Positions 24,740-36,959 of a stretch of 64,000 bases of DNA are shown piece by piece. The notes beneath the pieces were generated by a model. It was not told the origin of the DNA and searched no databases. It worked only from the letters and a program-made list of their open reading frames with translations. The position numbers and the translations under genes were made by a program. This DNA is from Mobula hypostoma (Eukaryota): contig NC_086097.1 in NCBI RefSeq assembly GCF_963921235.1, forward strand, positions 154,940,001 through 155,004,000, read 5' to 3'. Every line of letters starts with the position of its first letter. The first letter of the stretch is position 1.

Positions 24740-24922
24740 CAAGAGGAACAAATTACAGGGAGCAATGAATCTACCCAGTCTGTGGAATGTCATTGGAAAA
24801 TGGACCAGTGGGGGGAACCCACACAGTCACAGGAAATATGCAAATTCCACGCAAACAACAACCGTGGTCAGGAATGCAAGCCAGCCACTTGAGCAGTGAG
24901 GCCGCGACACTAATTACACTGT
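24740..24922 (-). mobile_element. Degenerate V-SINE (HE1-like)
   Basis: Minus strand cctcactgctcaagtgg...tgcgtggaatttgcatatttcctgtgactgtgtgggttcccc resembles the V domain. Similar remnants near 50790-50910 (-) and 53890-54070 (+). Confidence 0.6.
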
Positions 24923-25221
24923 CTCTGTGAACTATAGGAGCAGGATGAAGCGTCAGACTGTGAGACTTTACAATGACATCTGTTTACAGCACAGCAGCTT
25001 CCAGCACACTTCTGTATCCATCGGACTCCAGCAGTGTGCAAGGCAGTTATCCTTATACAATACTACAGAACGCTGAGAGGTAGAGTGAAAAGATGTTCAG
25101 TAAGATGTATAAAAGTGAAGTGCTGCTGCTGTTATTCAGTGGAATGGAGTGGTTTACTCTGAAGTGGGTAAGTGGAATGGAACAAATTGACATCAAGGCT
25201 GCAGCTTGTTCTGTCACTTAC

Positions 25222-25321
25222 TTTGTCATTTGAACTATGGGCATTTTTCCAAGGCGAACATATCCTCCATTCCTCACTTCAATAATGCTTCTCACGTGGA
25301 ACAGCTCCATTAGGTCAAACC
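25222..25321 (-). CDS. col22a1: Internal coding exon (100 nt, phase 1-2) of a collagen XXII alpha-1-like gene; start of the TSPN/LamG domain
   Basis: Acceptor tttcttttttgttgtgcag and donor AA|gtaagt. Translation GFDLMELFHVRSIIEVRNGGYVRLGKMPIVQMT aligns with remembered human COL22A1 GFDLMDLFSVKEILGKRENGAQSSYVRMGSFPVVQST. Confidence 0.9.
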
Positions 25322-26027
25322 CTGCACAACAAAAAAGAAAATTAAGTTGAAACCATGAAGATTTTTTCAATTCAAAGAAGAAGCAGAAAATGGAAGGTTG
25401 GTTGGTTTCAGGTGCGAGTGAGATGGCATTGCACCTTTTGTTTTACTTTTTTTGGATGATTGGGAATCGTGGCGGGCAGGTGACTAGGCTGAGCCGATGG
25501 TGGGTGGTGAGATTGATAGTTGGTTGGGTCTGTTCTGTAGTTGGGATTAAGAAGACAAAGGATACAAGGCAATGGATGTGGGGCCTACCTCAGCGGAAGT
25601 CCACATCTTCAGCTACATAATGTAAACTGAGTAATCCTGGGAATGAGCAGTGCTGTTGGCACCCAGACACAATAAACTAATTTTCCTGACAAAACCCCAA
25701 AAGGTGCCGTGCAGAGTAAACTCATTAATTTAAAGCACTGATATTATGTCAAACACACCAATGCCACTCACACTGAACATAAATATTCAGTTGCAAGTGG
25801 TGGTTTCTGCATTTTATTCCAGGAAACATATATTTTCAATCAGTTATCACCGAAATGAAGAGATATATGTTTAAGACTATTTTATCATTGAAAGCACGAT
25901 GTGGAAATTGAATCCTGGTATCTATGCCTAATTTCCTGGCCATGCTGGAGAACCATTCCTTCCTAGCTAATAAGACAACATCTCACTCATTTATTGGATC
26001 CGCATTGTCAGTAGAGAGAACCGTCAC

Positions 26028-29000
26028 TATAAGTTTCCGCAAGTAAAATGAAGTGAGGTGTTTTACGTTTAACAAAACCTGTAACACATTTTATTGAACT
26101 CCAAAACCTACACAATAAAAGTGTGCTAAAAACCTTTTACATACTGATGTCATGACATCAAACCAGCAACGCAATGTCAGTGGTTGTGAATTAGGTACAT
26201 TTCTCCCATTGACGTTACCCTACACAGGACCCCCCAGAATTCACTAAAACCAGCATTGTGAGCCTGTCTGGAGCTCAGACAAGCCGCCCGGCTCGGATCC
26301 AGTGTTCTGTGGGTGGCGGAACCACAGGTGCCTCTGGCTCGTCCAGAGGTGTATTGACACACTCATGGTCATGTTGTGACGCCAGGGGCATGGCAGCGGA
26401 ACACTCCAAAGCTTGGTGGGCCGGTTTAAGGCGATCTACCAAAATACGTTCAGGTTTACCCCTCTTATTGGTGATTAAAGTCTTTTCTCCCTGTTTCATA
26501 ATGCAGAATGAGCCGTCATAATGCGACCTTGGAGGATGTTGGTGGGCGTCATGGCAGATGAAAACAATTGAGGCGGAATGTGGGTCAACAGGGACCCAAG
26601 AGTGCTGTACACCATGGTGGAAGGTAGGAACAGGTGAAAAAGAATTGAATTTACTGAGAAGGGTGGAACGCTGCTGAGAGGTTGACCAGACAGTCATGAC
26701 ATCAGGAATTAAATCATCTGGTACTCTTAATAGCTGCCCGTTTACCAACTCAGCTTCAGACAACTGCAGGTCCTCCTTTGGAGCTGTTCTGAGCCCCAAC
26801 AGGGCCCATGAGAGCCAATCATGCCAGCACTCATCGGTCAGGGAAGTCCTCAGAACAGCCTTTAAGGAGTGGTGAAGCTGCTCGGATAGGCTATTGGACT
26901 GCAGGTGATAAGCTGTGGAGTGAGATATCCTAACACTAAGATTCTGTGCCATCACAGCCCAGCGTTCAGAATGAATTGGGGACCGCGGTTAGAGGAAATA
27001 TCAGATGGGGTGCCAAACCGAGCAACCCACGTGCTGATAAACACTGAGCCACATCTGCGGCCGCCGTCAGAGGGACGACCTCTGTCTACCCGGTGGTACG
27101 GTCCATCATGGTAAGGATGTGCGCGAAACTGCAGGAGGGGGGAAGAGGACCAACAAGGTCCACATTGACATGGTCAAACCTTCGCTCAAGGACATGAAAA
27201 GGTGCTAATGGTGCCTGAACATGACAGTTAATTTTTGCCCGCTGGCACTCCACACAAGCTGCAGTCCAATCATGCACATCCTTTCTGCGACTGTGCCAAA
27301 CAAACTTTAGTGCACCCCGTTTCTGTGAGGCCTTCCAGCCCAGATGTGAGAGGCCACGTATGGAGTCAAAATCAGTCCTTCTCCAGTTTGTGGGCACAAT
27401 GGGGCAAGGGCGACCGGTTGAGATATTGCACAGGAGAGAAACCGTAGCCTTCACAAACTTAATGTCAGCCAACCGCAGGCCCATGACAGCTGTTTTGAGA
27501 ATGTCCTCCGAGCACACAGGCACCTGATGGTAATCCCTAACTAGATTGACTTTGGAAAAAATTAAGGTGTGGGACCAGGTAACGACTGGGAATGATAGCC
27601 TCGATAAGACATCAGAAATCACCGCATGGGCAGCAACTACCCTCAGATTGAGGGACCATATGGAGGGGTGAAGCCCAGGGGCTATTCCACTGGCATACTA
27701 TGGTCTTCCCACATTGGAAAACAGCCATCGCGGTTGCCGGCTTTTCTGGGTCCAGTCTACACACGCGGGCTTGGACTGGTGGGCCGATTGTAGAAGTGTA
27801 CTGCTCAACCCCATGTTTTGCAACTATAGTTGAGAATGTGGGCTTGGTGAGGTCGCAGAATTTGCCCAGCATTCGAGTAAACTCACATGTGGTGGTTCAT
27901 GCATTTGACAGAGTCGTTGTGGGGAACTTACTGGGAAAGCAGGGTAACAACATTGACATCCACAAGCCGGCAGTTCTTAAGACAGACTAACAGCCCTTGG
28001 GCACACAGGAAATCTGTGCCAAGCAGAGGTCTAGCCACTTTAGCCAGGACAAAGTCCCATGTGTATCATTGCCCACTGAAGCAGTGTTCTCGATCTGTCC
28101 CGTAAGTCTGGATCGTGCTGCTGTTGGCGGGCTCCAGCGAGGTTTTGTCGCTCTTTGCTTTCTCATCAATAGGCAATGCTGACAGCACATTCACATCAGC
28201 ACCCATGTCTCACAGGAAGTGTCGCACTGAAAGGGTGTCCATAATGAACAGTAGACAACCCTGGCAGCTGGAACCCATTATGTTGACAGAACTCTGATGT
28301 CCTGATGCGCTGGCACTGTCGAAGCTGCTCGGCAGTTGGCACTTCCTAGTGTTTCTATCAAAGCGAGCATGGTAAAAGCATAGTCTGGGCATCATCTTTT
28401 TCACAATCGCAAGCACCCTTATGTTGGGGGCTTTGCAAATCAGGCTTATTGAGTTAGAGAAAGGAGGAGGAATGATGCACCTCTGCTTAACTGAGTGTAG
28501 ACTATCAGCTATTTTAGCAAGCTCCCTATAGTCCTTCTTGGGCGCATTAGAGAGGGTCACATGAACTGGATCGGGTATTTTCTGCATGAAGACTTCTTTA
28601 AAAATAAAACAAGGATGGTGATTTCCCAGGGGAGACTGCATGTGGTCCATTATCTCCAAAGGCTTACCATCACTGAAACCGGATAAGGAGAGCAATTGTT
28701 TGGCACGCTCAGACTCTGAAATGTCTGTAAAATGTGAGTTTTCAGCGATCGGTATTTATCATGTTCAGTTGGGTATCAAGCAGACTCACCATTCCTGCAG
28801 CTGTGGAATTGCTGGGCAACACTACTATATGGAAATAATCGGTGTTGTCGGCAGAGATTTTAGAAGTGTGGACTGGACCTCCATTTGTACGAACCAAGTG
28901 ACAGCGTTTTGCTCCCAAACCTCTGGCAGTTTCAAAGCAACTGCCTTGGCCGACATATTCAATAACTCCAGACTCGCGGTCACCAATGTAGGTTTCCGCA

Positions 29001-29196
29001 AATAAAACAAAGTGAGGCATTTTATGTTTAACAAAACCCCTAACACATCCTACTGAACTCCAAAACCTACACAATAAAAATAGACTAAAATTCTTTGACG
29101 AACTAACATTATCATGTTAGACCAGCCTCTTAAAGTGAAACCCCAACTCAAGTGGTTGTGAATTATGTACATTTCTCCCAATTACGTTACCCTACA
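26028..29196 (-). mobile_element. Gypsy LTR retrotransposon 4, internally deleted (5' LTR 28987-29196; 3' LTR 26028-26224)
   Basis: LTR pair, PBS tggtgaccgcg and TSD tcac/ccac. Gag ALKLPEVW and RT N-terminus (SPWASPLHMVP..KTAV) joined directly to pre-integrase and integrase sequence (DLVGPLP..HLQSNSLSE). Confidence 0.92.
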
Positions 29197-29297
29197 CCAC
29201 TTTAAATATAGAAATTAAATATAAGAGAGAATAATGTTCTAGGCATAAAAACCTGATTTCACAAAGATTTGTCCAATTTCACCTCATTCAAACCATT

Positions 29298-29606
29298 GTG
29301 CTAATGGAACCGCGTATCTTCGGTGGGCAAACAAAAGGTGTGTACAGAGATGCTGTGGGTCTACTCCGCCTGTTCTGGGATTCAGGTCTATACGCTCAAC
29401 TTAGTTCAGAGTTATGTTCCTTGCTTTTATTGTTTGTATGTTTTGTATATTTTCCTCCTCTTTCTCCGCGCATTGATGTTGGTCTTTTCTATTAATTGGG
29501 TTCTTTCGGGTTTTTTGTTTTGTGGCTGCCTGTAAGCAGACGAATCTCAAGGTCGTATAATTTATACATACTTTGATAATAAACGTAGTTTGAATCTTTT
29601 GAACTT
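29298..29606 (+). mobile_element. Non-coding retroposon 3' part with a LINE-type tail
   Basis: Ends atacatactttgataataaacgtagtttgaatcttttgaac. A related tail occurs in reverse at about 39100-39170. Confidence 0.55.
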
Positions 29607-29635
29607 AATTGCAACACATTAGACAGTATCTTATT

Positions 29636-30058
29636 TGGCAAGTCCACCACTCCAGGAAACAATCTGGTGAATCTTTTCTGTTCTCTCCTTCTATTGCAAA
29701 GGAAGGAAGGTCTGACATGAGCACAGTATTTCAAATACAACCAGACCCAGGATTACCAGGTCTCATTCGGCTAGCACAGTTGTGGTTACTACACCTTGGA
29801 AAGTTATATTTGCCTTCCAGCCAGTGCAGTGAAAGGTGTGAAAGTTCACCGCACTGACTCCTAAGATAAGGGAACTGTTAAATTAACAGAGGTTGAGTAA
29901 GATTGTCATATGCTCACAGAGGCTAGCCGAATGAGACCTGGTAATCCCTGGTCTGGTTGTATTTGAAATACTGTGCTCATATCAGACCTTTCTTCCTTTG
30001 CAATAGGAGAGAACGGAAAAGATTCACCAGATTGTTTCCTAGAGTGGTGGGCTTGCCA
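29636..30058. repeat. Inverted repeat: arms 29636-29775 and 29922-30058 with a 146-nt spacer
   Basis: The arms are reverse complements at roughly 90% identity by eye and derive from an old CR1 segment (YLKYCAHV..KRFTRLFPG). Confidence 0.92.
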
Positions 30059-31825
30059 TATCAGGATAGATTGTAACACAGTGGGTCTATAGTCTTGTGA
30101 GCTTAGAAGAAACGTACAACCCTCAGAAACTTAACAGGGAAGATGTGCAGTTGATGCTTTCTCTAGATGAGGCATTTTGAACTGGGCAGGGAGGAAGGTG
30201 TTATAAAAAGGATTATGTCCTTAATTCACGGAACTGTCAATTCAATCCTAGATGAGAAGAGATGCTGAGGTTTGTGATTTGTGGAATTCAATATTCAGTT
30301 ACTCACTATATTCAAGACAGACTTTGATACCTATTTAGATTTCCTGCACTATTTTCCTGCACTAACATCCAAGGATCCACTAAACCCAGCTTTGATTTAA
30401 ACCGATGACTAATCTTGCCAGTGTAGAGAATTTCAAAGATCCTGCCACATCTGAGTGAAGAATTTTTCCCTAATTTCTGAGTTTTAAATCTATGGAATTC
30501 TCTACCTCGGATAGCAATGGAATATCAGTTCTTCAACACATTCAACACTGAGATTAACAGAATTTAGGACACCAAGGGAATCAGTGGATGCACTGAATAT
30601 GGGAACATGGATTTAATCTTATTATTGATTTTTGTATTATATGCTTTAACTAAGAAACCCAAGTACATGGAATTTTAAAGTTAATTTTATTTTCTTTTTA
30701 TTGATTACCTTTCATCCAGAATCAGACATTACTTTATTGGAAAACAAAATAGATACTATATGACCTACTCTTTCTTCTACTTCTAATGTCCTTTGATGAT
30801 TCTACATATATGGACATGTATCTTTGACGTCACATAATCAATACAATTCATTTTTGGTCATGTCAAAAGTAAGATTGTCCATGGTGCATTCTGATATCCA
30901 AATGGTTTAACTACTACAGCGACACTCACATTATGTCCCACGTTTGGATAATGGACATCCACCCTTAAAAAATTCAAAACTCACAAACTAAAAGTTTAAG
31001 ATTCAGAATAAATTTCACTCTTATGGAATTTATGTGGAAAGATCAAGAGAGAGACATATTTTATCAATATTTATATTTAGTTACTTAATAGTCTAGGCAG
31101 TAAGATTTGGATTTGATGTCATTGTATTGATTGAGTCTACAGTCATTGCCAAGCCCCCCCATGCCACTCCCTCTCCAGTCTGATGACATGTGATTAGATA
31201 TCCGAGAGTGAAGCACTGTAGCACTTGTCATTTGCAAGACTTTTTCACTGATATGCTGCTTTGTTGGGAACCACAGTAACCATGGCTAGCTTTACAGTAG
31301 CACTTTAAAATTATCCCTTGGCTATCACTGCATTTCCACGAAGTCACCACACTTTAACTCATTGCCACTGCCATGTAACTCTTTCTATACTACCTTTCTC
31401 CCTTGAACTCTGGTCATCAAATCTCATCCCTTTTCGCTGACATGCTGAATGTAGGACATTGGGACCAGCTGGGTGGGCACTGGGGTTGGCATGGACTCTT
31501 AGGCCAGTGAGATTGTATCCATGCTGTGTTGCTCTGTGACTATGCCCAGTCTCTAAACCCTTTCCTAATCTATGAGCCTCTTCCATCCCAAGCCTCATGT
31601 TGGTCTCAACTATTAAGTAACAGTAGTGGATTATCACTGATAAAAGTGTTTAATATGAGGGAAAAGCATTCCATAAGAACGCATTTATATTTATAGCATG
31701 CTACTCAATGGGTATAGGGGATTCATGTTAAGGGAAATCATGATACATATCACAATTTTCTAGGAAGGCAGTACACCCCTAATGCCGTGGTTACCTGTAT
31801 GTTCCCTGCAATCAGATTCACTTAC

Positions 31826-31900
31826 CTGGGACATTAGAGGAGGCCTTCTTTGCTGTGTTGTAGTGATTCCCCTCCAATCTAACGTTAGGGCACAAAACAT
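31826..31900 (-). CDS. col22a1: Internal coding exon (75 nt, phase 1-1) of a collagen XXII alpha-1-like gene; VWA-to-TSPN linker
   Basis: On the minus strand the acceptor is ttgtatttttttaacag and the donor CAG|gtaagt. Translation (D/N)VLCPNVRLEGNHYNTAKKASSNVP(G) matches my recollection of human COL22A1 NVLCPSVRVEGDRFKHTNGGTKEITG. It splices in frame to 25222-25321. Confidence 0.88.
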
Positions 31901-32311
31901 CTGTTAAAAAAATACAAATGTTACTCAAAACATATTCTATGACACTGAAAAGCAAAAAAAATTCAAATGCTGGAATTCTGAAATAGAAATAGAAGGTATA
32001 GGAAGTGCTGAATATTCTCAACACATCAGGTAGCATCTAAAGTGATAAATATTTTAGATATTTTATCTGATTTTTTTACGACTGCTTCCTGTAAATCAAA
32101 TTTACAATTTTATAATCTCAAGAATACTATATCCCATAGTGTATGGTATAAAATTATTTTAAAAAATTAATGCTTTAACCGATCTGTAACCTTAAGACTG
32201 GAAGCTCAGAATTCAGGTAAGTATTTAGTTGTAGATCTGGGAAGGTTGCATATTGAGCTATAAGCTGCAACCTCCATTCCACAGTCACCAGTTCTATCCC
32301 TTTCCATAGTC

Positions 32312-33052
32312 CAGGGGGTCCCCAACCTTTTTTGCACTGCAGACCGGTTTAATATTGACAATATTCTTGCAGACCGGCCTACTGGTGGGCGGGGGGGTGT
32401 GTTAATCACGACCGGAATATAAGTCACTTATAAGTGGCTAATACACTCAATTTCATTTCTAAAAGGGTTTATCTAAGGAATTTAAAATTAAACACACAGC
32501 GCATATTGTCCCCGTATGAACATATAAAATCATTGCAACACATCAATATCGCTGAATCAGTGGGAGCCCTGGGCTTGTTTCCCTGCAACAAGATGGTCCC
32601 ATCGAGGTCTGATGGGAGACAGCGCTACTTGAAGGGGGTTCCTCATGTCCAGTCTATTCCGCAATTTAGTTTTCATTGTATTCATTGCCCGCTTTGCAGA
32701 GATATGTTGTTGGAAATGGAAGCAATGTTTTCAGTGCTTTTGTGGCTATCTCAGGATATTCAGCCTTGACTTTGATCCAGAATGCTGGCAGAGATATTGT
32801 GTCAAACATACTTTTCAGCCCACCATCATTTGCAAGCTCAAGGAGTTGATCTTCTTCACGCTCTGACATGGATGATGCATGGGTAATGACCTCGCGTGCG
32901 TTCAAGTTCCAACAGGGGCATGACAGGGAATGAGGACAGGTGCAGCTGACTCATATCGTTTCATATCGCCAAATCATATCGTTTCCTCGTTGACAGGTAG
33001 CACAGTTTTGCAGCCCAGTACTGGTCCGTGGCCCAGTGGTTGGGGACCACTG
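32312..33052 (-). mobile_element. Non-autonomous hAT (Buster/Charlie-type) DNA transposon with a transposase C-terminal remnant
   Basis: TIRs cagggggtccccaacc / ggttggggaccactg and a perfect 8-bp TSD ccatagtc (NNNTANNN). Contains LPAFWIKVKAEYPEIATKALKTLLPFPTTYLC (hAT dimerisation region). Confidence 0.93.
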
Positions 33053-33742
33053 CCATAGTCATATTCTTAGTTTCAATCAGGCCATTTCGAGCCTTGGCCC
33101 CTTATTAGATCCTGTAATGAGCTTTAGTCTTTATATCTGTTCCATCATCATAGCTACCAATTTTTACCTCTTGACAAAGCTCAACTACCTCCACATCTTC
33201 TGCAGTTACAGTTATCACTTTTACAAGTCGTGACATTTCTATTGCTCTTGGCAGTTCCTCTAATTTTGAACCTCCATCAAGTTCATATTAGATTCTTTGT
33301 CTGTATCTTAAGTGGAACTGAATCACATTTAGTGAGCTCATTGATCTATTGGCTCACAGTTCAACCATATCTCAGTTTTTAAAGTGTTTTCAGATCTCTT
33401 TTTGGTAACCTCTAATCATCTTTGACCTTTGTCCTCCAATTCCTATGATTTATATGCTCCCAATTTTCATTGATCTGACAGCCTAGACCTAAGCTTTTGA
33501 ATTATTTCCCTAAAATCCTACAGTGACTTACACTTCTCTGAGCTGAAGCTTTCAGCTTCTCTTTGACCACTATTATTTGTGGTATATAGACATGTTTTTG
33601 ATGAAAATGTAATCTGTCTGATTAGTAGAGGCACAAGAGACTTGCTGATGTTGGGACCTCGATAATATCTAATACAACTCAAACATAACGTCGCAACCCT
33701 TGTATTCAGAGTCTGTTCTATAAAAGAAAACATGTCATCTGG

Positions 33743-34510
33743 GTTAATGGTAACATACAGGGTTAATGGTAAGGCAGTGAGGAGTGCAGTGGAACAGAGG
33801 GATCTGGGAATACAGATATAAAGTTCCCTAAAAGTGGCGTCACAGGTAGATAAGGTCGTAAAGAGAACTTTTGGTACATTGGCCTTTATTAATCAAAGTA
33901 TTGAGTATAAGAGCTGGAATGTTATGATGAGGTTGTATAAGGCATTGGTGAGGCCGAATTTGGAGTATTGTGTTCAGTTTTGGTCACCAAATTACAGGAA
34001 GGATATAAATAAGGTTGAAAGACTGCAGAGAAGGTTTACAAGGATGTTGCCGTGACTTGAGAAACTCAGTTACAGAAAAAGGTTGAATAGCTTAGGACTT
34101 TATTCCCTGGAGCGTAGAAGAATGAGGGGAGATTTAACAGAGGAATATAAAATTATGATGGGTATAGATAGAGTGAATGCAAGCAGGCTTTTTCCACTGA
34201 GGCAAGGGGAGAAAAAAACCAGAGGACATGGGTTAAGGGTGAGGGGGGAGAAGTTTAAAGGGAACATTAGGGGGGGCTTCTTCACACAGAGAGTGGTGGG
34301 AGTATGGAATGAGCTGCCAGACGAGGTGGTAAATGCGGGTTCTTTTTTAACACTTAAGAATAAGTTGGACAGATACATGGATGGGAGGTGTATGGAGGGA
34401 TATGGTCCGTGTGCAGGTCCGTGGGACTAGGCAGAAAAATGGTTCAGCACAACCAAAAAAGGCCAAAAGGCCTGTTTCTGTGCTGTAGTTTCAATGGTTC
34501 TATGGTTCTA
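33743..34510 (+). mobile_element. 5'-truncated CR1 3' end
   Basis: LYKALVRPNLEYCVQFWSP..RRFTRMLP..LERRRMRGDL..FFTQRVVGVWNELP, with tail tggttctatggttcta. Confidence 0.93.
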
Positions 34511-35290
34511 TCTGCCTTCTTTGCTACTTTGTCTACCTGTGTCACCACCTACAGGGAACTATATATTTGTGGCTCTAGTTTTCTCTGTTCTGCAAAACTC
34601 TCCATGCTCCTGCTGGTCAATATGTAAGTACCAACGTGATATAACTTCCAAACTGCACTGGTTCAACACTTGCCCGAGTTGAATTCCATCTTCCATTTAT
34701 CCATTTGCCCAGCGATCAAGGTTCTGTTGTAACCTTAGACAACCTTTTCTTGTACACCACACCCACCAATTTTGGCATCACCTGCAAGCTTACTAATCAA
34801 GTTATCCACATTCACATCTAAGTTGTTCAAGCAAAATGCTATACAACAAAGGATCTGGCACAAATCCCTGCCAAACTGGTCACTGGCCTCCAATCTAAAA
34901 ATTAATTCTTCACTGACTCTGACTCCTTCCACCAAGCCAATTTTGTATCCTATTGAGTATTCTCACCCTTGACCCCGTTGATTTAACCTGCTGAACCAGA
35001 CTAGCATGAGGGACCTTGTCAAAGGCCTAGATGTTAATGTCAAATAACTGAGGGCATAGGATTAAGACGACAGGGAAAATTTTAAAGGAGATTTATGTCA
35101 GGTTTTTTTACGAAGAGGATGGGAAATGCTGCTGAGGGAACGGTAGAAGCATTTATTTAGGCGCATAAAGAAGCAGAGAACAGAGAGATGTGGACCTTAT
35201 GCAGGAAAATGGGATTGGCATCATGGTTGGCACAGGCATCGTGGGCTGAATGGCCACTTCCTGTCTTGTACTGTTCCACATTCTATGTCT
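34511..35290. mobile_element. Older CR1 remnants (minus 34511-35030; plus 3' end about 35050-35290)
   Basis: NNLDVNVDNLISKLAGDAKIGG on the minus strand and a CR1 3' UTR on the plus strand. Confidence 0.7.
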
Positions 35291-35535
35291 TCAGTCATCT
35301 GATGTAACGTCTCCCTTCCTGATTGAAGTTTTAAAATTCTGTTTAAGAATACTCCTGTGAGCTGACCAAGGCCACTGAATAAATGGAAAATTTTCTTATT
35401 GGGCTTTTATTAAGCTATAAAACCAGGAAAGTTAAAGGATTAGGAATTGCAGTGACAAAGCACATGACCACATTGGTAACAGCCCTTGGCAAATGGGATC
35501 AACAGGTACTTACACCCCAAGATCAAAAATATGGA

Positions 35536-35706
35536 GTAACACAGATAAGATGCTGGAGGAACTCAGCAGAGCAGACAGCATCAATGGAGTCTTGACCCCC
35601 ATAATGGTGAACGTTTTTTTCTCTCCATACTGTAGATGCTGCTGAGTTCCTCCAGCATTTTGTGTGTGTAACTCTGGATTTCCAGCATCTGCAGAATTGC
35701 TTGTGT
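35536..35706. mobile_element. Miniature PLE-derived foldback (two inverted pLTR ends)
   Basis: Perfect 20-bp inverted repeat atgctggaggaactcagcag (35550-35569 / 35639-35658). Tail ttccagcatctgcagaatt is shared with the PLE at 7545-7574. Confidence 0.75.
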
Positions 35707-36959
35707 TGAAGAATATGGGGTGTATCTTTTCACAAATATCACAAGTAATTTAGGTATCCTTTGCAAATGCATAGTGATAACTACACATGTTCATGGATCT
35801 GCAATGCCACCAGTTCTTGGAACCTGTTTTTTATTAGTATCAAACAAAAACTCAAGCACTTATGCTTTGTATTCTCTAGTGTAAGAGTTAATGACCACCT
35901 CTCCCATCACACAGCATGCCCTTTCCTGAATAACATCACTGCAGTCACAATAACTCTCCAAATACTCCTAAAGATCGACCCAGGACAGATGGAGAGGTCA
36001 AACTGTCGCCAGTAATGACAGCCCAAACAAAATGCCCCCTTTTCTGTGTTTGAAATCTGAGGATGGGGATGTTCCGGAGGTGAAACAATGGTACTGTAGG
36101 ATACTGTAGATGCACTTTGAGAAATCGGAACACTGCTGACTGCCCTTTGGAAATTCTCGAGAAGTGTGCTGAATTATAAAAAGTATGCAGCTGTCATTTT
36201 TAAATAGTAGACTGACTCAGTACACCATATCAAGTATTGGATTTAACTCACGGTTCTCTAAATAATCTGTTAAATATAAATCCACCATTTAGTAGATACC
36301 TTATCACCAGCTTGGCTGTCGGCCTGCATTTTATGATTATAAATGACCAATTTATCAGCAATGAGATCTTCTAACAGCTGCCAATCCCAGTGTAACATTA
36401 ATTAAGGCAACATTAAATCTTCATCTCCCCAATTTTTACCAACTAACAGTAAGCCATCAAGTGATATATAATAGACAAATTACAACAAAATTTATTGAAC
36501 AGAATCCTGTTCTTTGAAGGAATCAGATGTGGCGGCAATGTGGCTGAGACTATCAGTGTTTATCCATTCACAAATGAATGTAAAATTAATAGGCAGGCAT
36601 TCACAAGTATCATGGGAGTTGATTCCATATATGTATGCTCACAATTGGATCTGACATTTTGGGAAATAGTGGAACTCTAGCCCAAATGACGAAAAAATCT
36701 TTGGTTACAGGTTTAGAAGCACTTTAATTCCATTCACAAAATGTTTTCTGAAGGGAATTATTTAAACTATGAGGGTACCACATCTGACTGACAATTGGAC
36801 ATCATTGAACACGAGTGGACCCAATGAACGTTGCAACCATGCTGTTGAGCCCTGTGAATAATGAGCACTTGATCACCCTAGACTCCAGCAGAGCAAAGTG
36901 TAGGGTGCAGTGCTGGCCACTGGCCTTATTTATAGGAACAGATTTAGCATGATTTTGTT

